50,038 nt of DNA from Thermoplasmata archaeon (lineage in GTDB: Archaea > Thermoplasmatota > Thermoplasmata > RBG-16-68-12), in the NCBI GenBank assembly GCA_041483635.1, contig JBGPGA010000003.1:1-50038 (forward strand), written 5' to 3'. Below the pieces are notes generated by a model that was given only the letters and a program-made list of their open reading frames with translations, had not been told where the DNA came from and did not search any database. Of the stretch, positions 37,407-46,995 are shown one piece after another; within the stretch, counting starts at the first letter, position 1; each line of letters opens with the position of its first letter. A program made the translations under genes and the position numbers.

Positions 37407-37907
37407 ATGCTCGTGGCCTCGGAGCTCCGCGTCTTGGTGTTGGGCCTTGGAGATCCCACACAAGGCAACGAAAGCATCGGTGTGCGTCTGGCCCGCTCCC
37501 TCGTCACGGCCTTCGAGGACGCGGACGTCCGTCCCGCGTCTGAGTTCGCGGGCTTCTCCGAGATCCTCCACGACTACGACCTCGTCATCGTCTTGACGTC
37601 CTTGTCGTACTGCGGCAACGTGGGCCTCGTGGCCCTCGGGAGTCCCGATGCGCTCGGGGACGGATGGGGGGTTCGCCCGGCCCATACCGACGCCTTTGCG
37701 AGCGCGCTCTCCTATGCCCGCCTCATGGGGCACACGCTCCCCCGGATCGAGGTTGTCAACGTATGTGTGGGCGCGGAGGAGTGGCCGGAGGGGGGCCTGA
37801 GTCCAACGGTCGCCTCGATGTACCCGGGGATTCTTGGCCGCGTCCGTGCCCTGGTGAAGCAGGTTATCCGCGAGGCGGGCCATCCAATCCAGCCCTTCGG
37901 CAGATGA
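37407..37907 (+). CDS. Divergent hydrogenase maturation protease-like protein
   Basis: VLVLGLGDPTQGNESIG resembles LGLGNxLxGDDGxG; YDLVIVL; GLSPTV near the C-terminus. Confidence 0.6.
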   Translation: MLVASELRVLVLGLGDPTQGNESIGVRLARSLVTAFEDADVRPASEFAGFSEILHDYDLVIVLTSLSYCGNVGLVALGSPDALGDGWGVRPAHTDAFASALSYARLMGHTLPRIEVVNVCVGAEEWPEGGLSPTVASMYPGILGRVRALVKQVIREAGHPIQPFGR

Positions 37908-37910
37908 CCC

Positions 37911-38897
37911 CTAGCTCAACCCTTTCCACAGGAGCGGGAGGGAGACGTCATAGCGATACGGGATGCTCATGTGCCCGTCCTCGAACTCCTGGTACACGTG
38001 CCGGATTCCCATTCCCGTGAGCTTGCGGTGGAGCGTCCGTGCGCCCCAGATCAGGTTGAACTCGTCCTTCGTGCCGCAGTCGATGTACACGAGCCGCATC
38101 CGCCGCAACGCGGCCCGGTGGCCCTCCACGAGGTTCACGGGATCCCATGCCCGCCATCGTTCCCAGACCTCCGGACGCCACTCGCCCGTCTCGAGGTCGA
38201 CCGGGAAATCGATTCCCAGCTCGGGGCTTCGCGGGTTGGGGGAGTAGAAGGCCGCCATCCCGATCGTGTTGAGCACGGGATGGTCCTCCCCATGGTGGCG
38301 GTTCGGTTGCCTCCAGAACGCGTTGAGCCAGCGCTTCGGTCCGCCCGCCTTGCGGAACGCCGTCAGGGCGGGTCCGAAGTCCTGGATGTAGCAGAGCTCG
38401 AAGAGCGCGTCCCCGCTGTGGTCCGCGAAGGCGCTGAAGACCTCGGGATGCCGCAGGCCCTGGATGATCGAGCCGTACCCTCCGGAGGACTTGCCCCAGA
38501 TCCCGCGGCGTCCCGCCCGGTATCGCGTCTCGACGAACGGGATGACTTCCTTCAGGAGGTAGTCCTCGTACCGGCCCACGGCGGACGAGTTGATGTACTG
38601 GCTCCCTCCGACACGGCTGAAGCAGTCCGGGGCGGCGATGATCATGGGCCCGCACTTCCCCCCCGCGATGAGGCGGTCCATCCGCGCGGCGAGGTCCTCG
38701 GAGAGGGGGTCGATGTTGAACAGGCTGCGGCCCGTGCCCGTGTACCCGACGATCCCGTAGACGACGGGGTAGCGCTTCTTCGGATCGTAACCGGGCGGGA
38801 GGTAGATCGCGACGTCCCGGGTCGCGGGGTCGTGCAGCGGGTTGTCCTTCAGGATTCGGCTCGTGAGTCGTTCCACAACGACAGTTCCGTGGGGCAT
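37911..38897 (-). CDS. Alpha/beta-hydrolase (Fes-like putative esterase)
   Basis: AIYLPPGYD, nucleophile elbow GKSSGG, YIDCG..DEF and FEDGH. Confidence 0.88.
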   Translation of the reverse strand: MPHGTVVVERLTSRILKDNPLHDPATRDVAIYLPPGYDPKKRYPVVYGIVGYTGTGRSLFNIDPLSEDLAARMDRLIAGGKCGPMIIAAPDCFSRVGGSQYINSSAVGRYEDYLLKEVIPFVETRYRAGRRGIWGKSSGGYGSIIQGLRHPEVFSAFADHSGDALFELCYIQDFGPALTAFRKAGGPKRWLNAFWRQPNRHHGEDHPVLNTIGMAAFYSPNPRSPELGIDFPVDLETGEWRPEVWERWRAWDPVNLVEGHRAALRRMRLVYIDCGTKDEFNLIWGARTLHRKLTGMGIRHVYQEFEDGHMSIPYRYDVSLPLLWKGLS

Positions 38898-38944
38898 GCA
38901 ATCCACTCGGGGTGGGAATGCACGGCGGGAGAAAAAGACCGCGA

Positions 38945-39715
38945 CTACTGCCGGTAGTCCTCGGGCCAAAAACCCAGATCCACCTTCACGTCGGCGAGCC
39001 GACCCAGGTTCGTCCCGTCCAGGAGATGGAGGGTCGCCTGGTCTACGCCGAGGAGGCCCTCCCGGAACAAGGGTCCGAGGAACCGCGCTCGGATGTCGTT
39101 CACGGGCATGCCGCCGCAGAGTTCGTTGAACGCCGGCACGATGATGGCCTCCTTCGGCATCTTCGCGTACCGCTTCGTCTTGCGGACGAAGGGGACCCGC
39201 ATCCAGCACGGAACGATCTCGCGCCGGCCCAGCTCGTCCCGGAAACCCACCGAGGGGTGGTTGTGCCCCATCACGAGGGTCTGGCTCTCCATGACCTTCT
39301 TGTACGGCCAAGCGTGGCCGTGGCAGTAGCCGACCCCCTCCGAGCGGAAGCCGTAGGGCGAGCGGAAGCGAACGTTGCGGGGGAGGATGTTCTTGAGGAT
39401 CCCGTCATGGTTTCCCTGGGCGATCGTGATCTGGTCGAACGTCTCGGAGAGATCGCGAAACAGGACGTACACGTCGCGCCGCTCCCGGGACGCCATCTTG
39501 GGCACGAGGTGCTTCACGTCGCCCAGGACAATGAGCTCGGTCGCCCCCGTGCGGGAGGCGAGGTCCACAAGCCGCCGGCCCATGACCTCGGCCCGGCTCG
39601 GGATGTGAATCCCCTTCTCGCGGAGTTCCTCCTCAAGCCCGACATGGAGGTCCGCGACGATGAGCGTGTCCCCGACCCGGAGGGCGGGCGCGTCCGGGAC
39701 AGGCTCGAGGTCCAC
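38945..39715 (-). CDS. Calcineurin-like metallophosphoesterase
   Basis: ADLHVG, LGDVKH, GNHD, HGH, GHNHP and PAFN. Confidence 0.9.
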   Translation of the reverse strand: MDLEPVPDAPALRVGDTLIVADLHVGLEEELREKGIHIPSRAEVMGRRLVDLASRTGATELIVLGDVKHLVPKMASRERRDVYVLFRDLSETFDQITIAQGNHDGILKNILPRNVRFRSPYGFRSEGVGYCHGHAWPYKKVMESQTLVMGHNHPSVGFRDELGRREIVPCWMRVPFVRKTKRYAKMPKEAIIVPAFNELCGGMPVNDIRARFLGPLFREGLLGVDQATLHLLDGTNLGRLADVKVDLGFWPEDYRQ

Positions 39716-39821
39716 GCGAGCCGCAAGGGACGGGCGCCCTTAACCCTTGCGCGGTCCGTTCGAGGTCCGGGCCGGTTCCGTTTGGCGAAAGGGTTGTGCG
39801 TCGGCCTAGTAAGGGGTCGCC

Positions 39822-40970
39822 ATGGCGATTCTCGCGCCGCCTCCCCTCCCGATCGCCGACCGGACCTCGCATCCGTTCCACACGCACGACATGATCCACG
39901 AGATTCCTGCATCGTCACGGGAAACCCTCCAGAGGCTCGCCGCGCCGGCGAGGCGCGTGGCGGAGGGCCTGGCCGATCGCGCCTTCCTCGCCTTCACGGG
40001 CTGCGGGACGGCCTTCTACGCCGCGAGGCTGTCGCAGCGCTTCGCGGCCGCCGGGCCGAGCGACCGGATCCGGTCGGCCGCCATCGGTGCGTTCGAGATC
40101 TCGAGGTATGACCCGCGGATCGATCGCGCGACGGGCGTGGTCGGCATCTCGCACAGCGGGATCACGAAGACCACGGTCGATGCGTTGAGGGACGCGAAGT
40201 CCCGCGGCTCGCGGACCGTGGGGATTACGCACTTCGTCGACCGACCGATCGGCGCCGTCGCGGATGTGACCTTGATTGCTGGGAACGGCCCCGACCTCTC
40301 TCGTTGCCACACGAAGTGCTTCGTGAGTGGCGCCCTGGCCGCCGCCCAGATCGCCTTGGAGTGGCGAGCCTCCGCCGGCGGAGAGTCCCGCACGAGTATC
40401 GAACGCACGCTGGACGCCTTCGATACTCTCCCCTCCCTCCAGGAGGACGTCCTGCGTTCGATGGAGAAACCCTGCGAGGAGCTCGCCGCCTCCCACCTCG
40501 AGCGGCCCTCCGTCTCGTTCTTTGGGGCGGGTCCGAACCTCTCGACTGCCTTCGAGGCGGCCCTCAAGGTCCGGGAGACGAGCTTCCTCCCCGCGCTCGG
40601 CATGGAGATCGAGGACTTCCTCCACGGATCCTGGCAGGTGCTCAACCCGGAGAGCGTGATCTTCGTGGTCGCCACGGAGGGAGCCTCCCGGCCCCGCGCT
40701 CTCGATCTCGTGAGGCCGGCGCGGATCGTCGGGGCGAACGTGGTCGCCCTCGCGACGGAAGGGGACCGGGAGATCGAGAAAGAGGCCACGACGGTCCTGC
40801 GTCTCCCGCGCGTGGACGAACTTCTATCTCCATTCGTGAATATTATTCCGCTCTACCTGTATGCCTACCACTCCAGCGTGAAGCGCGGACACAATCCGGA
40901 TCTCCTCCGGTACCTCAATCCGACCTACTGGGGCGCCCGGCAGATCATCTTCCCGCCCGGGACCCACTGA
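39822..40970 (+). CDS. SIS-domain sugar-phosphate isomerase/deaminase (GlmS C-domain-like)
   Basis: GCGTA, ISHSG.T, HTKCF, EAALKVRE, E.F.HG and G.NPD. Confidence 0.85.
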   Translation: MAILAPPPLPIADRTSHPFHTHDMIHEIPASSRETLQRLAAPARRVAEGLADRAFLAFTGCGTAFYAARLSQRFAAAGPSDRIRSAAIGAFEISRYDPRIDRATGVVGISHSGITKTTVDALRDAKSRGSRTVGITHFVDRPIGAVADVTLIAGNGPDLSRCHTKCFVSGALAAAQIALEWRASAGGESRTSIERTLDAFDTLPSLQEDVLRSMEKPCEELAASHLERPSVSFFGAGPNLSTAFEAALKVRETSFLPALGMEIEDFLHGSWQVLNPESVIFVVATEGASRPRALDLVRPARIVGANVVALATEGDREIEKEATTVLRLPRVDELLSPFVNIIPLYLYAYHSSVKRGHNPDLLRYLNPTYWGARQIIFPPGTH

Positions 40971-40980
40971 CGGTCGCGGT

Positions 40981-42420
40981 TCAGGGGACGAACTCGGCCA
41001 AGACGCGGCCCAGATTGTCCGCCACGTCCGTGGCCGTGAGGCCATAGCTCTTGACCTTGAAGGCCAGGTCTCCCGCGTAGCCGTTCGAGAAGGCCGCGAG
41101 CCGGGCTGCGTCGAAGGGCTTGAGCCCCTTGGAGAGGAGTCCGCCCACTGCGCCGCAGAGCACGTCCCCGGTCCCCCCCACCGTCATCCCGGCGTTCCCT
41201 GTGTAGTTCAACTTCGTCCGCGCCCCATCGCTCACGATGTCGATGTGGCCCTTGAGCAGGATCGTGATCCCCAAGAGCCTCGCGGCGTCCTGGACCATTC
41301 TGGCCCGATCCTCAAGGGAGTCGGGGAGGGTCTTCCCGGTCAAGGCCGTGAACTCCCGCGAGTGCGGTGTGGCCACGACTCGTTTCTTCGCGAGGATGGC
41401 CGGCTCCTGGCCCACCGCGCGGATCGCGTCCGCATCGAACACGAGGGGCTTGTCGAGTCTCTTGATGATCGCCCGCACCGTGTCGAGCGTCCCCGGGGCA
41501 TCTCCGAGTCCGGGGCCGACGGCGACCGCGTCCGCCCTCGACGCAAGCTCGGCGATGATCTCGAGGTCCTCATGGAGGAGCCGGTGGCCGACGAGAGGGT
41601 GCACGATGAAGTTCGGCGAGTACGACGCGACGACCTCGGCTGCCAGCGCAGGCGTTGCGATGTGGACGAGATCCGCTCCCATCCCGAGCGCCCCCATCGC
41701 CACGAGGGCGGGGGCACCCGTGAACGGCCCACCCGCGATGATCAGGAGGCTGCCGTTCTGGCCTTTGTGGCTCTCCGATTTCGGCGTCGGGTAGAGGACG
41801 AACTCCCCGGGGCCGATCGTCCGAGCGATCTGCGCGGGGATGCCGATGTCCGCAATCCGGATCGTGCCCGAGTTCTCCGGGGTCATCCCTTCCTTCGCGT
41901 CGTACAGGGAGACCGTGACCGCGGGCTTGACCACGGCGTCCGTGCCCAGGCCACTCGGGACATCCACGCTGAGGATCGGTTTCCCGGAGGCGTTCATCTC
42001 CCGGATGAGCGTCGCATAGGGTTCCCGAAGCGGCCCCTCCGCTCCGATCCCGAGCAGGGCGTCGATGATCAGGTCCGCGTCGGCCATCGCGCCCTCGCTC
42101 CGGTCGAGACCCTCGAGGATCTGCGCGCCCTTGAGCCGCGAGAAGTTCGTACGGGCCTCTTCGGTCGCGAGCTGGTCGGGAGGCCGGGCGAGGAGGACCG
42201 TCACGTTCGCCTCGTCCGCGAGGAGGCGCGCGGCGACAAACCCGTCGCCCCCGTTGTTGCCGGTGCCGCAGACGACGAGGACCTTCTTGCCCGCGACCCC
42301 GAAGTCCCGGCGCGCGGCGTCCGCCACGGCCCTCCCCGCGTTCTCCATGAGATCGAGGATCGACACGCCGAAGTGTTGCGCGTTCCGGTCGAGGACGCGC
42401 ATCTCAGTCGCGGAGATCAT
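40981..42420 (-). CDS. nnr: Bifunctional NAD(P)H-hydrate epimerase/dehydratase
   Basis: LMENAG, GNNGGDG, DALLGIG, SVDVPSG, HKGQNG, TPHSREF and GGTGDVL. Confidence 0.94.
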   Translation of the reverse strand: MISATEMRVLDRNAQHFGVSILDLMENAGRAVADAARRDFGVAGKKVLVVCGTGNNGGDGFVAARLLADEANVTVLLARPPDQLATEEARTNFSRLKGAQILEGLDRSEGAMADADLIIDALLGIGAEGPLREPYATLIREMNASGKPILSVDVPSGLGTDAVVKPAVTVSLYDAKEGMTPENSGTIRIADIGIPAQIARTIGPGEFVLYPTPKSESHKGQNGSLLIIAGGPFTGAPALVAMGALGMGADLVHIATPALAAEVVASYSPNFIVHPLVGHRLLHEDLEIIAELASRADAVAVGPGLGDAPGTLDTVRAIIKRLDKPLVFDADAIRAVGQEPAILAKKRVVATPHSREFTALTGKTLPDSLEDRARMVQDAARLLGITILLKGHIDIVSDGARTKLNYTGNAGMTVGGTGDVLCGAVGGLLSKGLKPFDAARLAAFSNGYAGDLAFKVKSYGLTATDVADNLGRVLAEFVP

Positions 42421-42493
42421 CGGCCGCGCATCCGACCGTATCTAGTTAAACCTTGGGCGATGGCTTAACATTGCCCGGGGCGTTTCCGCGGCC

Positions 42494-43573
42494 GTGAATC
42501 TGCGCACCCTCCGCCCCTTTGCGTGGGCGCTCGTACTCCTCCTCTTCATCCCGGTGAGCCTGGTCCTGGACCTCGTCTCGGGTCCGGGTGTCCCCGTGTT
42601 CGCGGCGGCGGGGCTCGGAATCGTGCCCCTCGCCTGGTTCATGGGCCTCGCCACAGAGGAAATCGGGAAGCACGCGGGACCCGGGATCGGGGGTCTCCTC
42701 AACGCGACGTTCGGGAACGCGACGGAGCTAATCATCGCGCTCTTCGCGCTCGCCGGAGGCCTCCAAGACGTGGTCAAGGCGTCTCTCTCCGGCTCGATCA
42801 TCGGGAACCTCCTCCTCGTGCTCGGGCTCAGCATGCTGGCCGGAGGGCTTCGCCACAAGACCCAGTCCTTCTCCCGCGAGGCCTCGGGCATCCATACGAC
42901 GATGCTGCTCGTCGCGGTCATCGGCCTCGTGATGCCCGCCCTCTACGTGTTCTCCGCCCGCGCGACCGGGGCCGTGAACCCAGCCATCCTGGACGAGATG
43001 AGCCTGGGCATCGCGGCGATCCTGGTCGCCGCGTACGTCTTCGGCCTCCTGTTCTCCCTCCGGACGCACCGGGACATCTTCAATCCCGTCTCGGAGAAGG
43101 AGGAGAAGCCACGCTGGTCCCTCCGGTTCTCGATCCTCGTCCTGCTCGCCGCGACGGCCCTCGTCGCGGGGGAGAGCGAACTCCTCGTCGGTTCCCTGGA
43201 GGCGGCCCGTTCGTCCCTGGGACTCACGAACCTCTTCCTGGGCGTGATCGTCGTGGCGATCGTCGGCAACGCGGCGGAACACGGGAGCGCGGTCCTCATG
43301 GCGATCCGGAACAAGATGGACCTCAGCATCGCCGTCGCGATGACCTCCACGACGCAGATCGCCCTCTTCGTCGCGCCCATCCTCGTCTTCGCCTCTCTCC
43401 TGTTGGGCCAAGTCCTGACCCTCGACTTCGAGGTCTTCGAGCTCGTGTCGATCGCCCTGTCGACCGCCGTGCTGGCCTCCGTCGTCTCGGATGGCCGCAG
43501 CAACTGGTACGAAGGCGTCCTCCTCGTGATGGTCTACGCGGTCGTCGCCGTCGCGTTCTACTTCCATCCCTGA
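42494..43573 (+). CDS. cax: Ca2+/H+ exchanger (CAX family)
   Basis: Alpha repeats GLLNATFGNATE and GNAAEH; DGRSNWYEG. Confidence 0.93.
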   Translation: MNLRTLRPFAWALVLLLFIPVSLVLDLVSGPGVPVFAAAGLGIVPLAWFMGLATEEIGKHAGPGIGGLLNATFGNATELIIALFALAGGLQDVVKASLSGSIIGNLLLVLGLSMLAGGLRHKTQSFSREASGIHTTMLLVAVIGLVMPALYVFSARATGAVNPAILDEMSLGIAAILVAAYVFGLLFSLRTHRDIFNPVSEKEEKPRWSLRFSILVLLAATALVAGESELLVGSLEAARSSLGLTNLFLGVIVVAIVGNAAEHGSAVLMAIRNKMDLSIAVAMTSTTQIALFVAPILVFASLLLGQVLTLDFEVFELVSIALSTAVLASVVSDGRSNWYEGVLLVMVYAVVAVAFYFHP

Positions 43574-43585
43574 GCGCGAGGCACT

Positions 43586-43894
43586 TCAGGTCCTGAGCCT
43601 TCGGCCCACGAGCTTCTCGACCTTCCGGACCTTCTCCTCGATTTGGTTCGAGGCGCCCTTCCGGTCGTCGATCTTGATGATCGTCGAGACGCGTTCGCAA
43701 TCGGTCGCGACGGTCTTGTGGCATCGGCTGATGAGGGCCATCACCTCGTCGAAGGGGCCTTCCACGACGGTCCCCATGGGATTGAGCTTGTAGGCGAGCC
43801 CGCTCCGATCGACGAGGTCCAGGCACCGCGCGACGTACTCGGACACGCTCGTCCCTGCACCGGCCGGAGAGATGCTGAACTCCGCGATCGTCAT
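43586..43894 (-). CDS. MTH1187/YkoF thiamine-binding family protein
   Basis: AEFSISP.G.GTSVSEYV, LNPMGTVVEG and RVSTIIKIDDR. Confidence 0.9.
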   Translation of the reverse strand: MTIAEFSISPAGAGTSVSEYVARCLDLVDRSGLAYKLNPMGTVVEGPFDEVMALISRCHKTVATDCERVSTIIKIDDRKGASNQIEEKVRKVEKLVGRRLRT

Positions 43895-43940
43895 GGGCAG
43901 CCTCGACACCCTGATATCCCGCCCCGTTCTTGCGCGTTTC

Positions 43941-44672
43941 GTGCCCGTCGACTACGCGAAGCTCGCTCCGGACTACGATGCGGTCCGCGGGAGCGAGGCG
44001 CTCGACCGGGAGTACTGGTTCGCCGCCCTCTCCGAGGTCGGCCGTCTCCGTGACGGCGATCGGGTCCTCGATCTCGGAGCGGGGACGGGTCGTTTCTCCC
44101 GCTTCGCGGCGGAGGCGGGCCGCGTCGTGGCGGCGGACCTCTCCCTGGACATGCTCGCTCGTGCCCGCGGCAAGGGGCCGTTCACCCTCGTGCGCGCAGA
44201 CGCCCAGGCGCTGCCGTTCCGGAGCAATGCGTTCGACCTAACCCTCCTCGTCATGGTCGTGCACCAGCTGGTGGACCTTCCGCGGGCCCTGCACGAGGTG
44301 GCCCGCGTGTCCCGTCGCGTGGCAATTGCCACCTCAGACATGCGCACCCGGACGATGGGGATTCTCGACGAGGCGTTTCCCAGCCTCCTTGCGATTGACG
44401 GCGCCCGCTTCCCGCGGATCGAGGGCATCGCGGATGCCCTCCAGGCCTCGGGCTTCACCCAGGTCCGCGTAGCGGAGCGTCCCTATCATCGGACGCTGAG
44501 CGTGACCGAGGAACTCGATCGCGTGCGACGGAAGTACATTTCCACGTTCGACCTCCTCCCTCCCGGGGAGTTCGAGCGCGGCGTCGCGTTCCTCGAGAAG
44601 GAGCTGCCCAAGCGCTATGGGGACCGGTTCGAGACGTCCGCCGCCTTCACGTTCCTAGGTGCTTCAAGGTAA
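43941..44672 (+). CDS. Class I SAM-dependent methyltransferase
   Basis: VLDLGAGTG, ADLS..ML and ADAQALPF..FD. Confidence 0.88.
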   Translation: MPVDYAKLAPDYDAVRGSEALDREYWFAALSEVGRLRDGDRVLDLGAGTGRFSRFAAEAGRVVAADLSLDMLARARGKGPFTLVRADAQALPFRSNAFDLTLLVMVVHQLVDLPRALHEVARVSRRVAIATSDMRTRTMGILDEAFPSLLAIDGARFPRIEGIADALQASGFTQVRVAERPYHRTLSVTEELDRVRRKYISTFDLLPPGEFERGVAFLEKELPKRYGDRFETSAAFTFLGASR

Positions 44673-45210
44673 GGTCAGCCTGGCGGGCGCACTCCGTGCA
44701 GAACTCCGGGCCTTTGCGGTCCGTGTCGGAGAGTCTCTCCGAGTAGTGCATCACACATGCCGGATCTCGCGTATCGTGGGCCAGCCCGAGGGTGTGACCG
44801 AGTTCGTGGACCGCCTCCTTCACGCAGCGGTCGAGGAACCGCTGTCGCCTCGCCGCCGCGCGGCGCCGGAGGATCGTCGGCTTGGCGCGGTGGCCCCGAG
44901 GCTTGATCTCGAGGCGTGCGAGAGAGATGATCGCGACCCGGCCGCCGATCTGCGCGTACCCGAAGACGGACTTGAGTTCTCCCTCGTACAGGTCCGCCTC
45001 CGTCACGCCGAGGACCCGGTCGCCCGGCTCCGCGAGACAGGCCTCGAAGAGGTCCGTGGCCCGGTACTGCCCCTTCCCCCTGTCGAACCGAGCCGCGGGC
45101 AAGGGGGCCGGATCCGCCACGGTGACGTCCCCAAAGCCGGACAGGTTCCTCCGAAGATGTTCGAGGACCCGAGCGTCCACCGGCCCAACGGGCTTCAGGG
45201 TGACCTTCAT
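44647..45210 (-). CDS. Archaemetzincin-like Zn metalloprotease
   Basis: KEAVHELGHTLGLAH, CVM and DTDRK..FCTEC. Confidence 0.9.
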   Translation of the reverse strand: MKVTLKPVGPVDARVLEHLRRNLSGFGDVTVADPAPLPAARFDRGKGQYRATDLFEACLAEPGDRVLGVTEADLYEGELKSVFGYAQIGGRVAIISLARLEIKPRGHRAKPTILRRRAAARRQRFLDRCVKEAVHELGHTLGLAHDTRDPACVMHYSERLSDTDRKGPEFCTECARQADLTLKHLGT

Positions 45211-46667
45211 CCCTTGACGACCCCGAGGGGGACCATCCGCGCCACGATCTTGGTGAGGCCTGCGCCTTCCGCGACGCGGACCACGTCCTCGACGTTCTTG
45301 TACGCGCCCGGTGCCTCCTCGACGATGCCCGCCTTGGTCGCCGCGTGGAGGTAGATGCCACGGTCCCCGAGGCTCTTCACGACCTCATTCGCGCGATACA
45401 GGCGCGTCGCGGCGGCTCGCGACATGACCCGCCCGGCGCCGTGGCAGCTCGAGCCGAAGGAACGCTTCATCGCGGAGGGCAGGCCCACGAGCACGAAGGA
45501 ACAGGTCCCCATGTCCCCGGGGATCAGGACGGGCTGGCCAACGCTCTGGTACTCGTGCGGCGTCTCCGGGTGGCCGGCGGGGAACGCCCGCGTGGCGCCC
45601 TTGCGGTGGACGACCACCTTGCGCCTCCGCCCGTCGACCTCGTGGTCTTCGACCTTGCCGATGTTGTGGCAGACGTCATAGACGATCTCGATGCCGAGGT
45701 CCTCCGCCGAGCGGCCGAAGGTCTTGGCGAAGGCGTTGCGGACGCCGAACGTGATCGCCTGGCGGTTGGTCCAGGCGAAGTTCGCCCCGCAGCACATCGC
45801 GGCCCAGTAGTCCTGGCCCTCTTTGGAGTGCACGGGTGCGCAGGCGAGCTGGCGGTCCGGAAGATCGATCTTCTCCCGCTTGACGACGCCTTCGCACGTC
45901 GCGATGTAGTCCGACGCGATCTGGTGGCCGAAGCCGCGAGAGCCCGTGTGGATCATGACGCAGACCTGCCCCGGCTGGTCGATACCGAGGGCCTTCGCCG
46001 CGGCCTCATCGTAGATGCGGTCGACCTTCTGGACTTCGAGGAAGTGGTTGCCGGAGCCGAGGCTCCCGACCTGGTCTTTGCCTCGGGTGATCGCCCGCTC
46101 GCTGACCTTCTCGAACGCCGCGTCCGCGAGATGTCCTTCCGCTTCGATGTGCTTCGGGTCGTCGGGCCACGCATAGCCCTTCTCGACCGCCCATGCGGCG
46201 CCCTCTGTGGTGAGACGTGCCAGTTCCTGGCGGGAGACCTTGGCGAGGCCGCCTTGCCCGACGCCGCTGGGAACGTTGTGGAACATCGTGTCCACGAGCT
46301 CGCGGATCCGCGGCCGGACGTCCGTCTCCATGAGACGGGTGCGCAGTAACCGGACGCCGCAGTTGATGTCGAAACCGATGCCGCCCGGTGAGATCACGCC
46401 CTCGTCATGGTCGAACGCCGCCACACCGCCGATCGGGAAGCCGTAGCCCCAGTGGATGTCGGGCATCGCCATGGAGCGGCCGACGATCCCGGGCATCGTC
46501 GCGACGTTCACGACCTGCTCCGCCGCTTGGTCTTGGCGGAGCTGGGCGATCATCGGCTCGTCGATGAAGATGAGGCCGCTCGTCCGCATCTGGGGCTTGT
46601 ACGACTGCGGGATCTCGTACGCGAACGGATCAAGCCGGTTGAGCGGTCCCCGCCATCCCTCGCCCAT
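45207..46667 (-). CDS. rtcB: tRNA-splicing ligase RtcB
   Basis: MPDIHWGYGFPIGGV, GFDINCG, GSGNHFLE, HTGSRG, HRKGAT, HGAGR and EEAPGAYK. Confidence 0.96.
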   Translation of the reverse strand: MGEGWRGPLNRLDPFAYEIPQSYKPQMRTSGLIFIDEPMIAQLRQDQAAEQVVNVATMPGIVGRSMAMPDIHWGYGFPIGGVAAFDHDEGVISPGGIGFDINCGVRLLRTRLMETDVRPRIRELVDTMFHNVPSGVGQGGLAKVSRQELARLTTEGAAWAVEKGYAWPDDPKHIEAEGHLADAAFEKVSERAITRGKDQVGSLGSGNHFLEVQKVDRIYDEAAAKALGIDQPGQVCVMIHTGSRGFGHQIASDYIATCEGVVKREKIDLPDRQLACAPVHSKEGQDYWAAMCCGANFAWTNRQAITFGVRNAFAKTFGRSAEDLGIEIVYDVCHNIGKVEDHEVDGRRRKVVVHRKGATRAFPAGHPETPHEYQSVGQPVLIPGDMGTCSFVLVGLPSAMKRSFGSSCHGAGRVMSRAAATRLYRANEVVKSLGDRGIYLHAATKAGIVEEAPGAYKNVEDVVRVAEGAGLTKIVARMVPLGVVKG

Positions 46668-46995
46668 CGTGCGCCTCGACGCCAACGATGGGACGAATCC
46701 ACATAAACGTTCGTGCGTGGGCAGGTCTCGGCCCGCGTCGGACGAAAGGTATATCGCCTCTGCAACGACTTTATCACATGGGTTGGGACGAGCCCCAAAA
46801 GAAGGCTGCCCAGCTGCGCGCCGCCGCGGGTGCGGAAGGATGCGCGGGCCCGAGGGCCGGACCGGCGCCATGGACAAGGTGGGGAGGTCGTCAAGGAGCG
46901 CGGCGCGTGGGAGGTGGCGGGGCTCGTCACGCCTTTTTCCCCTTCCGCCGGGGTTGGGCGAAGCTTCTTATCGGAACCTCCCGTTGCCGCGCGCG

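Noticed and set aside
37850-37960. attR copy of the tRNA-Val 3' end at the right edge of the putative island
   Set aside because: No repeat of the tRNA 3' sequence was found by eye, and there is no integrase
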